From Desulfatiglandales bacterium (lineage in GTDB: Bacteria; Desulfobacterota; DSM-4660; Desulfatiglandales; HGW-15), in contig CAXXJJ010000001.1 in NCBI GenBank assembly GCA_963667015.2, forward strand, positions 640,001-704,000: 64,000 bases of DNA, given 5' to 3'. Position 1 is the stretch's first letter. Each line of letters opens with the position of its first letter. The notes beneath the pieces were generated by a model. It saw only the letters and a program-made list of their open reading frames with translations. It was not told the DNA's origin and ran no database searches. Below, one piece after another: positions 8,544 through 18,175 of the stretch. The position numbers were made by a program, and so were the translations under genes.

Positions 8544-9069
8544 TTTTTATCACTTGAACATGGTACAATCGCAAGAGCTGATCCCGGATCAGCTGCGTTA
8601 AATGCCTCAAGATTCTGGGTGGATATCGCTATTTATCGGAAATGCTCATGTTGGCAAATCCGATAAATGGAAAAATAAATTTTAAAAACATGCGTAATAA
8701 AAAGCACTTATCTAATTTTATAGGTGATAAATATCTGTGAAAAAACAGATATCCGGACCATAAAATCCCTATTTGGGGAAAATGCCAATATCAGCAAAAT
8801 CCCCAAATGGAATTTAGGTTATTAAGTCATGCGATATTTAGGTTTTTGGGTTGTTTTTAATGCTTCCTGGCAGATTATCTAAGATATTTAAAAGCTCCTG
8901 TTTAACCTCTTGATATAAAATAAATGCTCAATATTTTATAATTATATGTTCGTATATATTCTTAGATAATATATAAGCATATGAAATATATTGAGATTTT
9001 AGCTTGAAATATAATGTATAATGTCGTATATTGGTAAGCATTCATGTCGTATTTTTGTGAGGAAGTAAT

Positions 9070-9486
9070 ATGCCGGTTAAAGATACATTAGAAGGGAAAA
9101 TAACTTACCGTGTAAAGCGCAGTAAGAACCCTGTTTTTGTACGTGATGACTTCAAGGATATTGGAGGCTATGACCAGGTCGGACGCATTTTAAGAGGTCT
9201 TGTCAAAGAAGGTCTTCTTATTAGTCTCGGTTATGGCGCATATGCACGTTCTAAAAGGTCAAGTGTCAGCGGCAACGTTGTTCCTGAAAGGCCATTGCCG
9301 GAACTTGCCAAAAGACTTCTAAAAAAACTTGATGTTAAAATTGCCCCGTCCTCTGCTGAAAGGGCCTATAACTCTGGAACAACAACCCAGGTTCCGACTG
9401 GACGAGTGATTGGCGTTAAGAGCAGAATTGTGCGGCGTATCGGCTACAACGGAAGGTATATTTCTTTTGAAAAAGTCGCTGGATAA
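9070..9486 (+). CDS. AbiEi-like / DUF6088-family antitoxin (type IV TA)
   Basis: wHTH pattern VFVRDDF..GGYDQVGRILRGLVKEGLLISLGYGAY, plus TTQVP. Overlaps the toxin start. Confidence 0.8.
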   Translation: MPVKDTLEGKITYRVKRSKNPVFVRDDFKDIGGYDQVGRILRGLVKEGLLISLGYGAYARSKRSSVSGNVVPERPLPELAKRLLKKLDVKIAPSSAERAYNSGTTTQVPTGRVIGVKSRIVRRIGYNGRYISFEKVAG

Positions 9487-10408
9487 GACTCTTATTGAGG
9501 ATGTTGCCCTGGAATTGGGTATTGATCCATCTTTTATAGAGAAGGATTGGTACGCGGTGCAGCTTCTTGTTCTTCTATCTGAGTTGAAAGGTAGCAGAGA
9601 TGTGAGAATGGTATTTTCTGGTGGAACGAGTCTTGCCAAGGGATATGGTTTAATAAAAAGATTTTCAGAAGATTTGGATTTTATATTAACCCTTCCCAAA
9701 GGTGTTTCATTATCTACCGGACAACGACGAGGATTCCGCAAAGAGATAGTTGCTGCCATACAAGACGATGAACGTTTTTCTATTGATGAAAATAAAGTTT
9801 TGCGCGGTGATAGTCATCGTTTCTTTAAAATACCTATTCAATACGATAGAGCATTTGATGGCGCTATTCTTAGGCCCCACCTGCAACTGGAAATGACCTT
9901 TATGAAGCTCAAGAGACCTGTTGAGACACAGGCTATTCTTTCGATAGTTTCAGATGTAACAAAAACCGAACCGGAACTTGAAATTGACTGTGTCGCGGCT
10001 ATTGAAACTGCGGGTGACAAATTAAGTGCGTTAACCTGGCGTGTCCTTATGCGTGATAGGGAGAATGAGAAAGATGATCCCACAATAATACGACACCTTC
10101 ATGACCTTGCCGTATTAGAAAATATGATAACAGTTGCGGAAGGTGATTTTGTTTCATCGGCCAAGGAGTCTCTGGAACAAGATCAAATTCGCAGAGGTGG
10201 AGGTAACTTTGCACATATGTCAATTGTTGATAGATTGGCGAATGCGTTGCAAACCTTAAGAACGGATGCATTATATCGAGAAGAATATGAACTGTTTGTC
10301 GAAAGCATGTCCTATGCTGCCGAGGAAGAGCTGATAAATTTTAAAGAGGCAGTTCAAGCGCTTGAGAGAATAATTGGTATTTATAATCAAAAAAAATTCT
10401 TTATGTGA
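9467..10408 (+). CDS. AbiEii/AbiGii-family nucleotidyltransferase toxin
   Basis: IEKDWY, FSGGTSLAKGYGLIKRFSEDLDF, DKLSAL, RHLHDL. TTG start at 9467 follows GGAAGG. Confidence 0.9.
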   Translation: MKKSLDKTLIEDVALELGIDPSFIEKDWYAVQLLVLLSELKGSRDVRMVFSGGTSLAKGYGLIKRFSEDLDFILTLPKGVSLSTGQRRGFRKEIVAAIQDDERFSIDENKVLRGDSHRFFKIPIQYDRAFDGAILRPHLQLEMTFMKLKRPVETQAILSIVSDVTKTEPELEIDCVAAIETAGDKLSALTWRVLMRDRENEKDDPTIIRHLHDLAVLENMITVAEGDFVSSAKESLEQDQIRRGGGNFAHMSIVDRLANALQTLRTDALYREEYELFVESMSYAAEEELINFKEAVQALERIIGIYNQKKFFM

Positions 10409-10435
10409 AGATCATCGACATCCTCATATTTTTTA

Positions 10436-10663
10436 TCAGGCCACCTTAAATTCGTTAATTATGTCGTTAAGATGTTTTGCAAGTCCGGATAATCCCTCCG
10501 CACTTGTTTGAACATGGCCGCTGCTATGGTTGTTACTATTTTGTCAATGTCTCTGATGACTTTGTAAATCGCAGTAATTTCGGAAATTGTTACGCCCGTT
10601 GAATTCTGGATAGTCTTTATCATCAGGTTGATTTCAGCTGTTGCCTCTGCAGTCTGCTTTGCC
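10436..10663 (-). pseudogene. Methyl-accepting chemotaxis protein C-terminal remnant
   Basis: Minus strand reads AKQTAEATAEINLMIKTIQNSTGVTISEI..IVTTIAAAM, then after a frameshift/deletion VQTSAEGLSGLAKHLNDIINEFKVA*. Confidence 0.75.
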
Positions 10664-10896
10664 GGTGATGATTATTATTGACATGAGCCATTGAGTGGAC
10701 CTGATAGAGACAAATGTTTCCGATTAATCAATCTTTGCTGCAGATCTGTATTTTGACATGCATGAACCGTCATTCACTCTGTGCGCAATGGCATGCTGCT
10801 CCGGAATAAATTAAAAATGTCTTGACGCACAAAGGGCAAATTTTTATCATCCCAGCTACCTGAGCACATAAATTAATATATAAAGAGGTATACCAA

Positions 10897-11448
10897 ATGG
10901 GTGAATATGACGGGTTGTTCTACAGGTTTGAAAAAAAAGAGACTCACGCCGGAGGCATGCTGCCGCCGGTTCAGGCCTATTTTCGTGGTGAGTCCTGCAT
11001 ACCCGGCTCCCAGATATATCTGCCCTATCGGGCATATATGAAACCCGGTATAATTGACCCTGAGCCCCATTCCCACCGTGACGAAGAATATCTTGCCTTT
11101 GTTGGGCATGATTTACGAAATGCCTTTACATCCTTTGACGCGGAAATCGAGATGTGGCTTGGTGAAGACCTGGATTGCATGGAAAAGATCGTGATCACAA
11201 AACCTACGATGGTTCGCGTGCCGCAGTTCTACTGGCATGGACCTGTTGAGATCAAACGCCTCGGAAAGCCTCTGTTCTTTCAGCCGGTGCTGTTCAATAG
11301 CAGGTACAATGCCATAAGGAAAAGAGAGGACTCATCGGGGAAAACATATTATGAGACTATAGTCGAGGGAATAACCCCCTGCAGGCTGGACGATTCAGCC
11401 CTATGCAGCTTTTGCGGCAAATGCAGTGAAACAATGAAGGAGAGCTAA
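10897..11448 (+). CDS. Hypothetical cupin-like protein with C-terminal Cys cluster
   Basis: PHSHRDEEYL..WHGP metal-site pattern. C-terminal C-x7-CSFCGKC. Confidence 0.7.
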   Translation: MGEYDGLFYRFEKKETHAGGMLPPVQAYFRGESCIPGSQIYLPYRAYMKPGIIDPEPHSHRDEEYLAFVGHDLRNAFTSFDAEIEMWLGEDLDCMEKIVITKPTMVRVPQFYWHGPVEIKRLGKPLFFQPVLFNSRYNAIRKREDSSGKTYYETIVEGITPCRLDDSALCSFCGKCSETMKES

Positions 11449-11451
11449 AAA

Positions 11452-12051
11452 ATGTCCAGCTATGATCACCTGATTCATGAATTCGAAAAACAGTATAATT
11501 TCTGGGGTGATTTCATGCCTCCCTATCAGGCATATTTCCGGGGTCACGACTGTATGCCCGATTCAAGCCTCTATGCCAGTTACCGCTGTTATATGAAGGA
11601 GGCCTTTGTGGATCTCTGGCCCAACTTTCATTCTGAAGAAGAGTATCTGTGCTTCACCGGGTATGATATGGTCGACCCATGGGGGTCCTTTGATGCGGAG
11701 ATCGAGTTCTGGATCGGGAAAGAGCTTCATAAACTGGAAAAACACATAATCACCGAACCGACCATTGTCAGGATACCGCCATACACCTGGCACTGCCCGC
11801 TTGAGTATAAGCGTGTTACCAAACCTGTATATCTTCAGGTCCTGAGCATGAGGGGAAAATTCGGTGCGTTTTTTCACAGAACGAACGCGGATGGCAGAAC
11901 ATATATCGAGTATGTCGGATCAAAAGGGCATAAACCCTGTTCGCTGGATACCTCAAAACAATGCACCTTCTGTGGTAAGTGTTTTAAGGATTCGCTGCCG
12001 CCTGACTCGCCTAAAAGTGCCACAGAGGCAGCTGAAAGGTATAAAAGATAA
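11452..12051 (+). CDS. Hypothetical cupin-like protein, paralog of 10897-11448
   Basis: Shares MPPYQAYFRG, HSEEEYL, SFDAEIE.W.G, WHCP and C-x7-CTFCGKC with its neighbour. Confidence 0.7.
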   Translation: MSSYDHLIHEFEKQYNFWGDFMPPYQAYFRGHDCMPDSSLYASYRCYMKEAFVDLWPNFHSEEEYLCFTGYDMVDPWGSFDAEIEFWIGKELHKLEKHIITEPTIVRIPPYTWHCPLEYKRVTKPVYLQVLSMRGKFGAFFHRTNADGRTYIEYVGSKGHKPCSLDTSKQCTFCGKCFKDSLPPDSPKSATEAAERYKR

Positions 12052-12271
12052 GGTAGATGGAAATCTAAATACTCTGTTTCTGCACCAGGTTGATAGTTTG
12101 AAAAGTTATTTGTAATATATTCGATGGCCCACATTCGGAGTTATTTTTTTCGATTTTGATTGTTATTATTGTATCTAATACTATTATTTTTGAATGAAAA
12201 AATGATAACTTGTTGAAATAATGGGTATATATTGTGGTATTGGCAAGTTAGGTATTTTAGATCAATTATGT

Positions 12272-12365
12272 TCATAACCCGAAGGGCTGCGGTTCAAATC
12301 TCTTCCCCCCCCCCCACCACCATAAAAAAAGGACTTATGCCAGAATGGTTTAAGCCTTTTTTGTT
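12272..12365 (+). repeat. Degenerate third copy of tRNA-Met 3' half with terminator
   Basis: TCATAACCCGAAGG (14 bp exact), GGTTCAAATC, poly-C, ACCA, then an AAAAAAAGG..CCTTTTTT hairpin. Confidence 0.75.
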
Positions 12366-12452
12366 CCTTTAAAATGGTAACTGTATGTATAAATTTTTCT
12401 GAATTTATGTTGACAATCATTGCCCCCCTTCCCTGGCTTTAATTATGGCATG

Positions 12453-12605
12453 TGTAAAAGAATGCAGAATTAAAGCAAAATATTACATATAAAAATGGTA
12501 TTTTTTTACATATAGTATCTGGACTATTTCGAACCCTTTATAACCAATGGATATTTATATGTATTTGGTGTGTGGTGTCATTGCTGTTTTGGCACTTTTT
12601 TTGCT
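12453..12605 (+). promoter_or_regulatory. Enhancer boxes plus sigma-54 promoter of PEP-CTERM gene 2
   Basis: TGTAAAAG (12453)..TTACA (12487)..TTTACA (12510). Consensus TGGCAC-TTTTT-TTGCT at 12590-12605. Confidence 0.75.
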
Positions 12606-12950
12606 TTAACAATTAGAGTAAAATTCTACTTACTTTCTTTAAGAATCGGAAAATCTAAAATTATATTACCTGAACATAGCTAAACGTCAATTCTTCTTAC
12701 TCTACCTGTCATTTGATCTGGAATCACTTATTGAAAAGCATTGATAATCAGAAAGATGGAATTTGTTTATTTTTTAACATTTAACCCAGACTTTTATTAT
12801 CACTAAATGTTTTTTAGGCCTATCTATAACTTTAGCCATTGAAAGGAGGTGTTCCTAAGTCAGGATTTCAAAACAATGTAATTCAGAGGTAGTGTGTCAA
12901 TTATTCATGCTTATTAAATAGTTTTTTAATATCAGGAAGGGGGAATTGAT

Positions 12951-13790
12951 ATGAAAAAAAATTTTTGCGTTGTAATGATATTTATTTGCAGTTTATTTTT
13001 TATAAATGGTGAGATTTTTGCAGATAATATTTTATTAACCCAATTTGACGAACCATACGGTTATGCACAAATGGAAGCCAACCTTGAAAGCCTTGGTCAC
13101 ACGGTTGATATTGTTGATGGCACAACCGATGGTAATATTGCTGCTGCTTTAAATACCGGAGAATATGATCAGGTTTTTCTGTGGGATCTTGCATGGAAAG
13201 GCTATATCTCTGCGGGTGATGTAGGTGCAATTAGTACTTTTTTTTCTGACCATAGTTCTCTGGTGGTTGACAGCCGTTCTTACGCATATTATTATCAACC
13301 AGATAATGCTTCCGAAATTGCTCTTCTTCAAAATATTGCCACAGAATTTGCAGCAAGGGGAGGAGGCGTCTGGGTTGGAACAGATCACGACCCATATTGG
13401 ACATACAATAGCAATCCATTTCTTGCGTCCATCGGTGTAGAAACGGTTACCGGAATTTATTCTACTCCAGTTAATGATTATGATCCCAACTCTGTCCTGC
13501 TGGATGGCGTAAACGTAAATGAACTTTGGGCTGGAGGCGCATCTGTTGGGGCCGCCCCCTTAGGAATTCAGCCTAACGGGATGGATATGCGTTTTCATTT
13601 CGGGTATTCAGATGGCCAGTATGGCGCAGTCCCGTATATTACTGCCAGCTTTGGAGACTATATTACTGATGATGAAGATCCTGATGACCACTATAATGAC
13701 ACCCCCCCTGTTCCAGAACCAGCGACTATGCTTCTTCTCGGCACGGGTCTGGCAGGGCTTGCCGGTTTTAGACGTAAGTTTAAGAAATAA
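12951..13790 (+). CDS. PEP-CTERM surface protein
   Basis: Signal peptide, acidic body, C-terminal PVPEPATMLLLGTGLAGLAGFRRKFKK. Confidence 0.92.
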   Translation: MKKNFCVVMIFICSLFFINGEIFADNILLTQFDEPYGYAQMEANLESLGHTVDIVDGTTDGNIAAALNTGEYDQVFLWDLAWKGYISAGDVGAISTFFSDHSSLVVDSRSYAYYYQPDNASEIALLQNIATEFAARGGGVWVGTDHDPYWTYNSNPFLASIGVETVTGIYSTPVNDYDPNSVLLDGVNVNELWAGGASVGAAPLGIQPNGMDMRFHFGYSDGQYGAVPYITASFGDYITDDEDPDDHYNDTPPVPEPATMLLLGTGLAGLAGFRRKFKK

Positions 13791-13821
13791 TAATTAAATG
13801 TATCTACTTAGTAAATAATCT

Positions 13822-13854
13822 AAAGGCAGGGCCTTTATAGGCGCTGCCTTTTTT
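13822..13854 (+). terminator. Intrinsic terminator
   Basis: AAAGGCAGGGCCT-loop-AGGCGCTGCCTTTTTT. Confidence 0.75.
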
Positions 13855-13908
13855 CCTCACTGTCGGTAAACCGGGTTTCCCTGAAGAGTTAATAGGAAGG
13901 TACTTTTC

Positions 13909-14295
13909 ATGTCAATTGAAATCAGGTATGACCAAAACCGAAGGATGCTTAATATTGCAATATCCGGCACATCGGATTTTGAAGAATATTCCTCCGCTCT
14001 GGAATCAATAACCCACTCAGGGAATTATCCGCCAAATATAAGAACCCTGTGGGATCTTCGTGAGGCAGATTTTTCTCCTGAAAATTTCACATCCATTAAA
14101 AAATTTGTGGGAATCGGGATACGTTTTAAACAGCGCAATAACTGCAGGGTAGCCCTGGTAGCTTCCAGTAACCTGCAGTATGGCATTTGCAGAATGTTTC
14201 AAATGCTTTTAGAGAGTAAAATGCCCCATGAACTTGAGGTTTTTCGTGATTATGAAGAAGGAGAGCAATGGCTTCTTGAAGGTCATGTACACTAA
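13909..14295 (+). CDS. STAS/SEC14 (SpoIIAA-like) domain protein
   Basis: TLWDLREAD, RVALVAS..LQYGICRMF, VFRDYEEGEQWL. Confidence 0.7.
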   Translation: MSIEIRYDQNRRMLNIAISGTSDFEEYSSALESITHSGNYPPNIRTLWDLREADFSPENFTSIKKFVGIGIRFKQRNNCRVALVASSNLQYGICRMFQMLLESKMPHELEVFRDYEEGEQWLLEGHVH

Positions 14296-14318
14296 ACCGA
14301 AGTATTTCTTTTACTAAT

Positions 14319-15434
14319 TCAATCTGCGAAAACAGGAAGTTCAACAATAAACCTTGCCCCTTCAGCAGTATTCCCCACAAAGATATTTCCGCCATAGCCT
14401 TTTACTATCTCAAAGCAGATACTCAAACCGAGGCCTGTGCCTTTACCCTTAGGTTTAGTTGTGAACAGCGGTTCAAATATCTTTTTGAGGTTTTCTTCCG
14501 GGATGCCCGGACCATTATCCTGAAATATAATACGAACCATATTTTCACGGGTTTCGGTTTTAATGGTAATTCTTCCTGCCTTTTCCCTGTTCTCGCTTAC
14601 CGCATGGCATGAATTGCCGATGATATTCAAAAAAACCTGCTGCAGTTCAAAGGAGTTGGCTATGATTGACGGGGTATAGGAGGCTGGCTCGAATATGAGT
14701 TTTATCCCGTTCTTTTTTAATTCAAATTCAACAAGGTCAATACTGTTTTCAATAACAGAATGTATTTCAACCGCAGCCTTTTCACCTTTACTTTTTCTCG
14801 AAAAGGAGAGCAGTTTTTCGACTATACTCCTGCATAAAAGGGCGCTTGTCTTAATTTTATTATTATAATTTTCAATCCTGGGAGTGGCCTCTTCAGTCAA
14901 TTCAATTAATTCGGAAAAACCGATGATTGATGTCAGAGGGTTGTTGATTTCATGCGCAACACCTGCGACAAGCTGCCCTATTATAGAAAATTTTTCCGAT
15001 TCAATCAGCTGAGCCCTGACCATGGCCAGTTCCTCCGATGCCTCCTTTGCCTCGGAAAACTTCCTGTTTCGTTTGACACCCCTGTGAACCGCATCTTTAA
15101 GTTCTTCATTTACAAAGGGCTTGTCAATATAGTCATATGCCCCGTATCTAAGGGCATTTCTGGCGGATTTGACATCGGAGTGGGCGGTCAGGATCAGGAC
15201 CTCAATGTCAGGATTTATTTTTTTTATTTCAACCAGGGTTTCGATGCCTGACCTTCCGGGCATCTGCAGGTCAAGGGTAACAACATTAAATTCATGGTCA
15301 TGGCTTAAAATCTCAAGTGCATGATCGCCGCTTTCCGCCTGCGTAATACTGTAGTCATCTCCCAGGACGCTGGCCACGGCAATCCTGACACTGGCGTTAT
15401 CGTCAATAACCATTACTTTATAATTCCTGTCCAA
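14319..15434 (-). CDS. Receiver-domain histidine kinase
   Basis: REC (VIDD, LDLQMP, KP) followed by AHEINNPL and HATPase G boxes. TTG start. Confidence 0.9.
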   Translation of the reverse strand: MDRNYKVMVIDDNASVRIAVASVLGDDYSITQAESGDHALEILSHDHEFNVVTLDLQMPGRSGIETLVEIKKINPDIEVLILTAHSDVKSARNALRYGAYDYIDKPFVNEELKDAVHRGVKRNRKFSEAKEASEELAMVRAQLIESEKFSIIGQLVAGVAHEINNPLTSIIGFSELIELTEEATPRIENYNNKIKTSALLCRSIVEKLLSFSRKSKGEKAAVEIHSVIENSIDLVEFELKKNGIKLIFEPASYTPSIIANSFELQQVFLNIIGNSCHAVSENREKAGRITIKTETRENMVRIIFQDNGPGIPEENLKKIFEPLFTTKPKGKGTGLGLSICFEIVKGYGGNIFVGNTAEGARFIVELPVFAD

Positions 15435-15631
15435 TGAAACTCTCTCTATATTTAGCTGATATTTTTATCTGAATTTCGGTTTACTGTATGATTTTAATAA
15501 ACCGGTTAAATAAAATCAATCGTGTCCTGTTTTAGTGCAAAAGTTGTTCCAAGAATATTATGGACAGAGGGGATAGATAATGCTATTAAAGTCATCTTTT
15601 CCAAGAAGAAATAATCGGAGGACAGAATAAA

Positions 15632-17533
15632 ATGCTGCTCAGTTTGATGCGAAAACACGCCCAGTCATGGATAATAAAATTCATGATTGCTTTGATTGTT
15701 GTAGTTTTTATCTTTTTCTATGGATACTCTTTCAGGTCCGATGACCGGATTAAGGTGGCAGAGGTAAATGGAGAACCGATAAGCAGGGTCGATTACGAGC
15801 GTGCCTACAATAACATGCTTAATAATCTCCGGAATGAGTATAAGAGTGTGTGGAATGATAAACTGATTGATGCATTTGATTTAAAAAACAGGGCACTTGA
15901 GGCACTTATTGAACAGAAAATTGTAAGCCAGGAAGCTGAAAAATTAGGTCTTATGGTTACAAAAAATGAAATCCGTGACCAGATACTTAAAGTACCCGCA
16001 TTTCTTACTGATGGCATGTTTGATGAAAACAGATACCGATCCCTCCTTTCCTACAGCCGGACCACACCCGAGGCCTTTGAGGAAAACCTTTCAAATGACC
16101 TGCTGCAGCAGAAGCTTATGCAGTTTCTGATGACATTTCTTGTCCCCAGTAATCAGGAAATTCTTGATAATTACCGGTTTGCAAATGAGAAGATAAAGCT
16201 GAGTTTTGTTAAATTTACACCGGATGAATATAAAGCCTCTGTTGAAAAGGAAAGGGAGCCCATTAACACCTTTTTTGAAGAACGGAAGGAAGACTACCGA
16301 ATCCCCGGGAAGATAAAAATTGGTTATATTAAAATCAGTCCCGAGCAGTTCAATGATAAGGTCGAACTGGAAGAAAACCAGCTCATGGGATATTATGAAG
16401 ATAATATCAGCATGTATACCCAGGATGAGCAGGTAAGGGCAAGGCATATCCTGTTTAAAGTCGATCCGGACACTTCTCCCGAGGATCAGGCAAAAATAGC
16501 GGAAAAGGCAGCCTCGGTACTTGAGAGGGCAAAAAAGGGAGAAGATTTTGCTGAACTTGCAAAGGAATTCTCCGATGATACATCAAAGTCAGAGGGCGGA
16601 GATCTTGGATATTTTTCAAGGGGCAGTATGGTAAAGGAATTTGAGAATGCTGCCTTCAGCCTTAAGAAAGGCGAGATAAGCGACCTGGTAAAAACTGCCT
16701 ATGGCTATCACATTATAAAGGTTGAGGATGTTAAAGAGGGGTCTGTTAAACCATATGCCGAGGTCAGGGATCAGATAGAAAGCACCATGAAAAAGAACGT
16801 CACTATGGACATGGCAAAGTCAAGGGCATTGGATCTTATTGACCAGATGCCCTATGATATTGAGCTCAGGGAATATGCTGCAGATCATGAAGTTCCTTAC
16901 AGTGAGACGGATTTTTTCTCACAGTCAGAGCCGATCCCGGTAATCACGGGTAACAGCAAACTCAAAGAAACCCTTTTCACCCTTCAGAAGGGTGAGGTAA
17001 CTGAACTGATGGAACTCAATAACGATAACTATATTATCCAGGTTACAGATAAAAAGGATTCCTACCTGCCTGAACTGGATGAGGTTTATGCATCGGTCGA
17101 GACAGACTATGTCGATCATATGGCACTTGAGAGCGCCAGGGCGGACGCAGAAAAATACCTGCAGGCACTCAGAGACGGCGGTAACTGGGAAGAACTTGCC
17201 AAAGAGAAAAACAGAACCATTGAATCAACAGAGTTCTTCACAAGAAGAGGGACACCTAAAGAGATCGGTTCTGCCAGCGGTCTTCAGGAAGCGGTGTTCA
17301 AGCTGAATGCAGATAATGCATTTCCGGAAACAATTTTTGACAATGCAGGCGGTGCATTTGTCGTCAAATGGGCCGAGAAACAGGATATAGATGAAGCAAA
17401 ATATAATGAAGAAAAGGAAATGTATGCAGAATCTCTGACCCGGATGAAACAGCAGGAAGCCTATTTGGATTGGATTGAAAATATGAAGGCAAAATCGGAT
17501 ATCGATATGAGCTTTTTTGAGAAATACAGATAA
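15632..17533 (+). CDS. ppiD: PpiD/SurA-type periplasmic folding chaperone (parvulin PPIase)
   Basis: N-terminal TM, SurA_N region, rotamase motif [31 protein letters not shown]. 633 aa. Confidence 0.88.
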   Translation: MLLSLMRKHAQSWIIKFMIALIVVVFIFFYGYSFRSDDRIKVAEVNGEPISRVDYERAYNNMLNNLRNEYKSVWNDKLIDAFDLKNRALEALIEQKIVSQEAEKLGLMVTKNEIRDQILKVPAFLTDGMFDENRYRSLLSYSRTTPEAFEENLSNDLLQQKLMQFLMTFLVPSNQEILDNYRFANEKIKLSFVKFTPDEYKASVEKEREPINTFFEERKEDYRIPGKIKIGYIKISPEQFNDKVELEENQLMGYYEDNISMYTQDEQVRARHILFKVDPDTSPEDQAKIAEKAASVLERAKKGEDFAELAKEFSDDTSKSEGGDLGYFSRGSMVKEFENAAFSLKKGEISDLVKTAYGYHIIKVEDVKEGSVKPYAEVRDQIESTMKKNVTMDMAKSRALDLIDQMPYDIELREYAADHEVPYSETDFFSQSEPIPVITGNSKLKETLFTLQKGEVTELMELNNDNYIIQVTDKKDSYLPELDEVYASVETDYVDHMALESARADAEKYLQALRDGGNWEELAKEKNRTIESTEFFTRRGTPKEIGSASGLQEAVFKLNADNAFPETIFDNAGGAFVVKWAEKQDIDEAKYNEEKEMYAESLTRMKQQEAYLDWIENMKAKSDIDMSFFEKYR

Positions 17534-18001
17534 TCAGAATTTTATATAGTATTTTTTATTATTAAGAGGGAGATAATATTTATCTCCCTCTTCTTTTATG
17601 AGGGAGGCGAGCTGATAATAGGCCGCCCTGCTGAAACGGGTCTTAAAGGTGTTGTCCTTAATCCGGCAATAGAGGACATTTTGTTCTCCCACGCTGAGGG
17701 TGTCAGGATCAAGGTTTTCCTGCGTATCATCAATCAGATAGAGAATTATCTGCTCTTTATCTGTTTTTTCTGCCCTGTCAAGCTCTACCCTGTTAACTAT
17801 AAATGGTGTATCCTCAACCTCTACAAGACATTTTTCTTCGCCCAGGACTATAATGTAGGCCCCATGGGAATCTGTTATCATGTTCCTGTAGAATTCATTG
17901 ACAATACCCCTGTGAATCATCTCAGCGCCTTTATGAAACCATTTGCCGTTCTTATCTATATAAATCATGCATGGGGGGATAGTTTTTTCTGGCATTCTCA
18001 T
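17534..18001 (-). CDS. DUF1285-family protein
   Basis: IDKNGKWFHKG, EKCLVEVEDTPF, RFSRAAYYQL. Confidence 0.75.
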   Translation of the reverse strand: MRMPEKTIPPCMIYIDKNGKWFHKGAEMIHRGIVNEFYRNMITDSHGAYIIVLGEEKCLVEVEDTPFIVNRVELDRAEKTDKEQIILYLIDDTQENLDPDTLSVGEQNVLYCRIKDNTFKTRFSRAAYYQLASLIKEEGDKYYLPLNNKKYYIKF

Positions 18002-18175
18002 TATTCCCTTAAAAGTTTTTCGAAAATGAGAAATATTTACACATCATAACTGTTGTTTTCAAGGCCGTTTTTAAAAGTTGTCAGAAAAAACGATTTTAGG
18101 TAAGCTTAACTTGTTCATATCAGGAAGCAATTTCAGTGGTTTATTTCTATCCCGGATATATTTTCAAGCGAGGCA

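Larger units (their letters stand above)
5293..12322. mobile_element. tRNA-Met-integrated islet 2 (about 7 kb, decayed, no integrase)
   Basis: Lies between tRNA fragment copies 2 and 3. AT-rich, with TA genes and pseudogenes. Confidence 0.55.

Noticed and set aside
9004..9031. dif-like site (ATAA-TGTATA core)
   Set aside because: The right arm ATGTCGTATAT does not match the XerD arm TTATGTTAAAT. It is better explained as the TA promoter/operator.
12305..12315. Poly-C tract as a phase-variation switch
   Set aside because: It lies within the decayed tRNA fragment, not in a gene or promoter spacer. Slippage or sequencing error is more likely.
3600..13900. CRISPR array or integron attC array
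   Set aside because: No regularly spaced repeat-spacer units, no cas or intI genes, and no convincing attC structure were found by eye.
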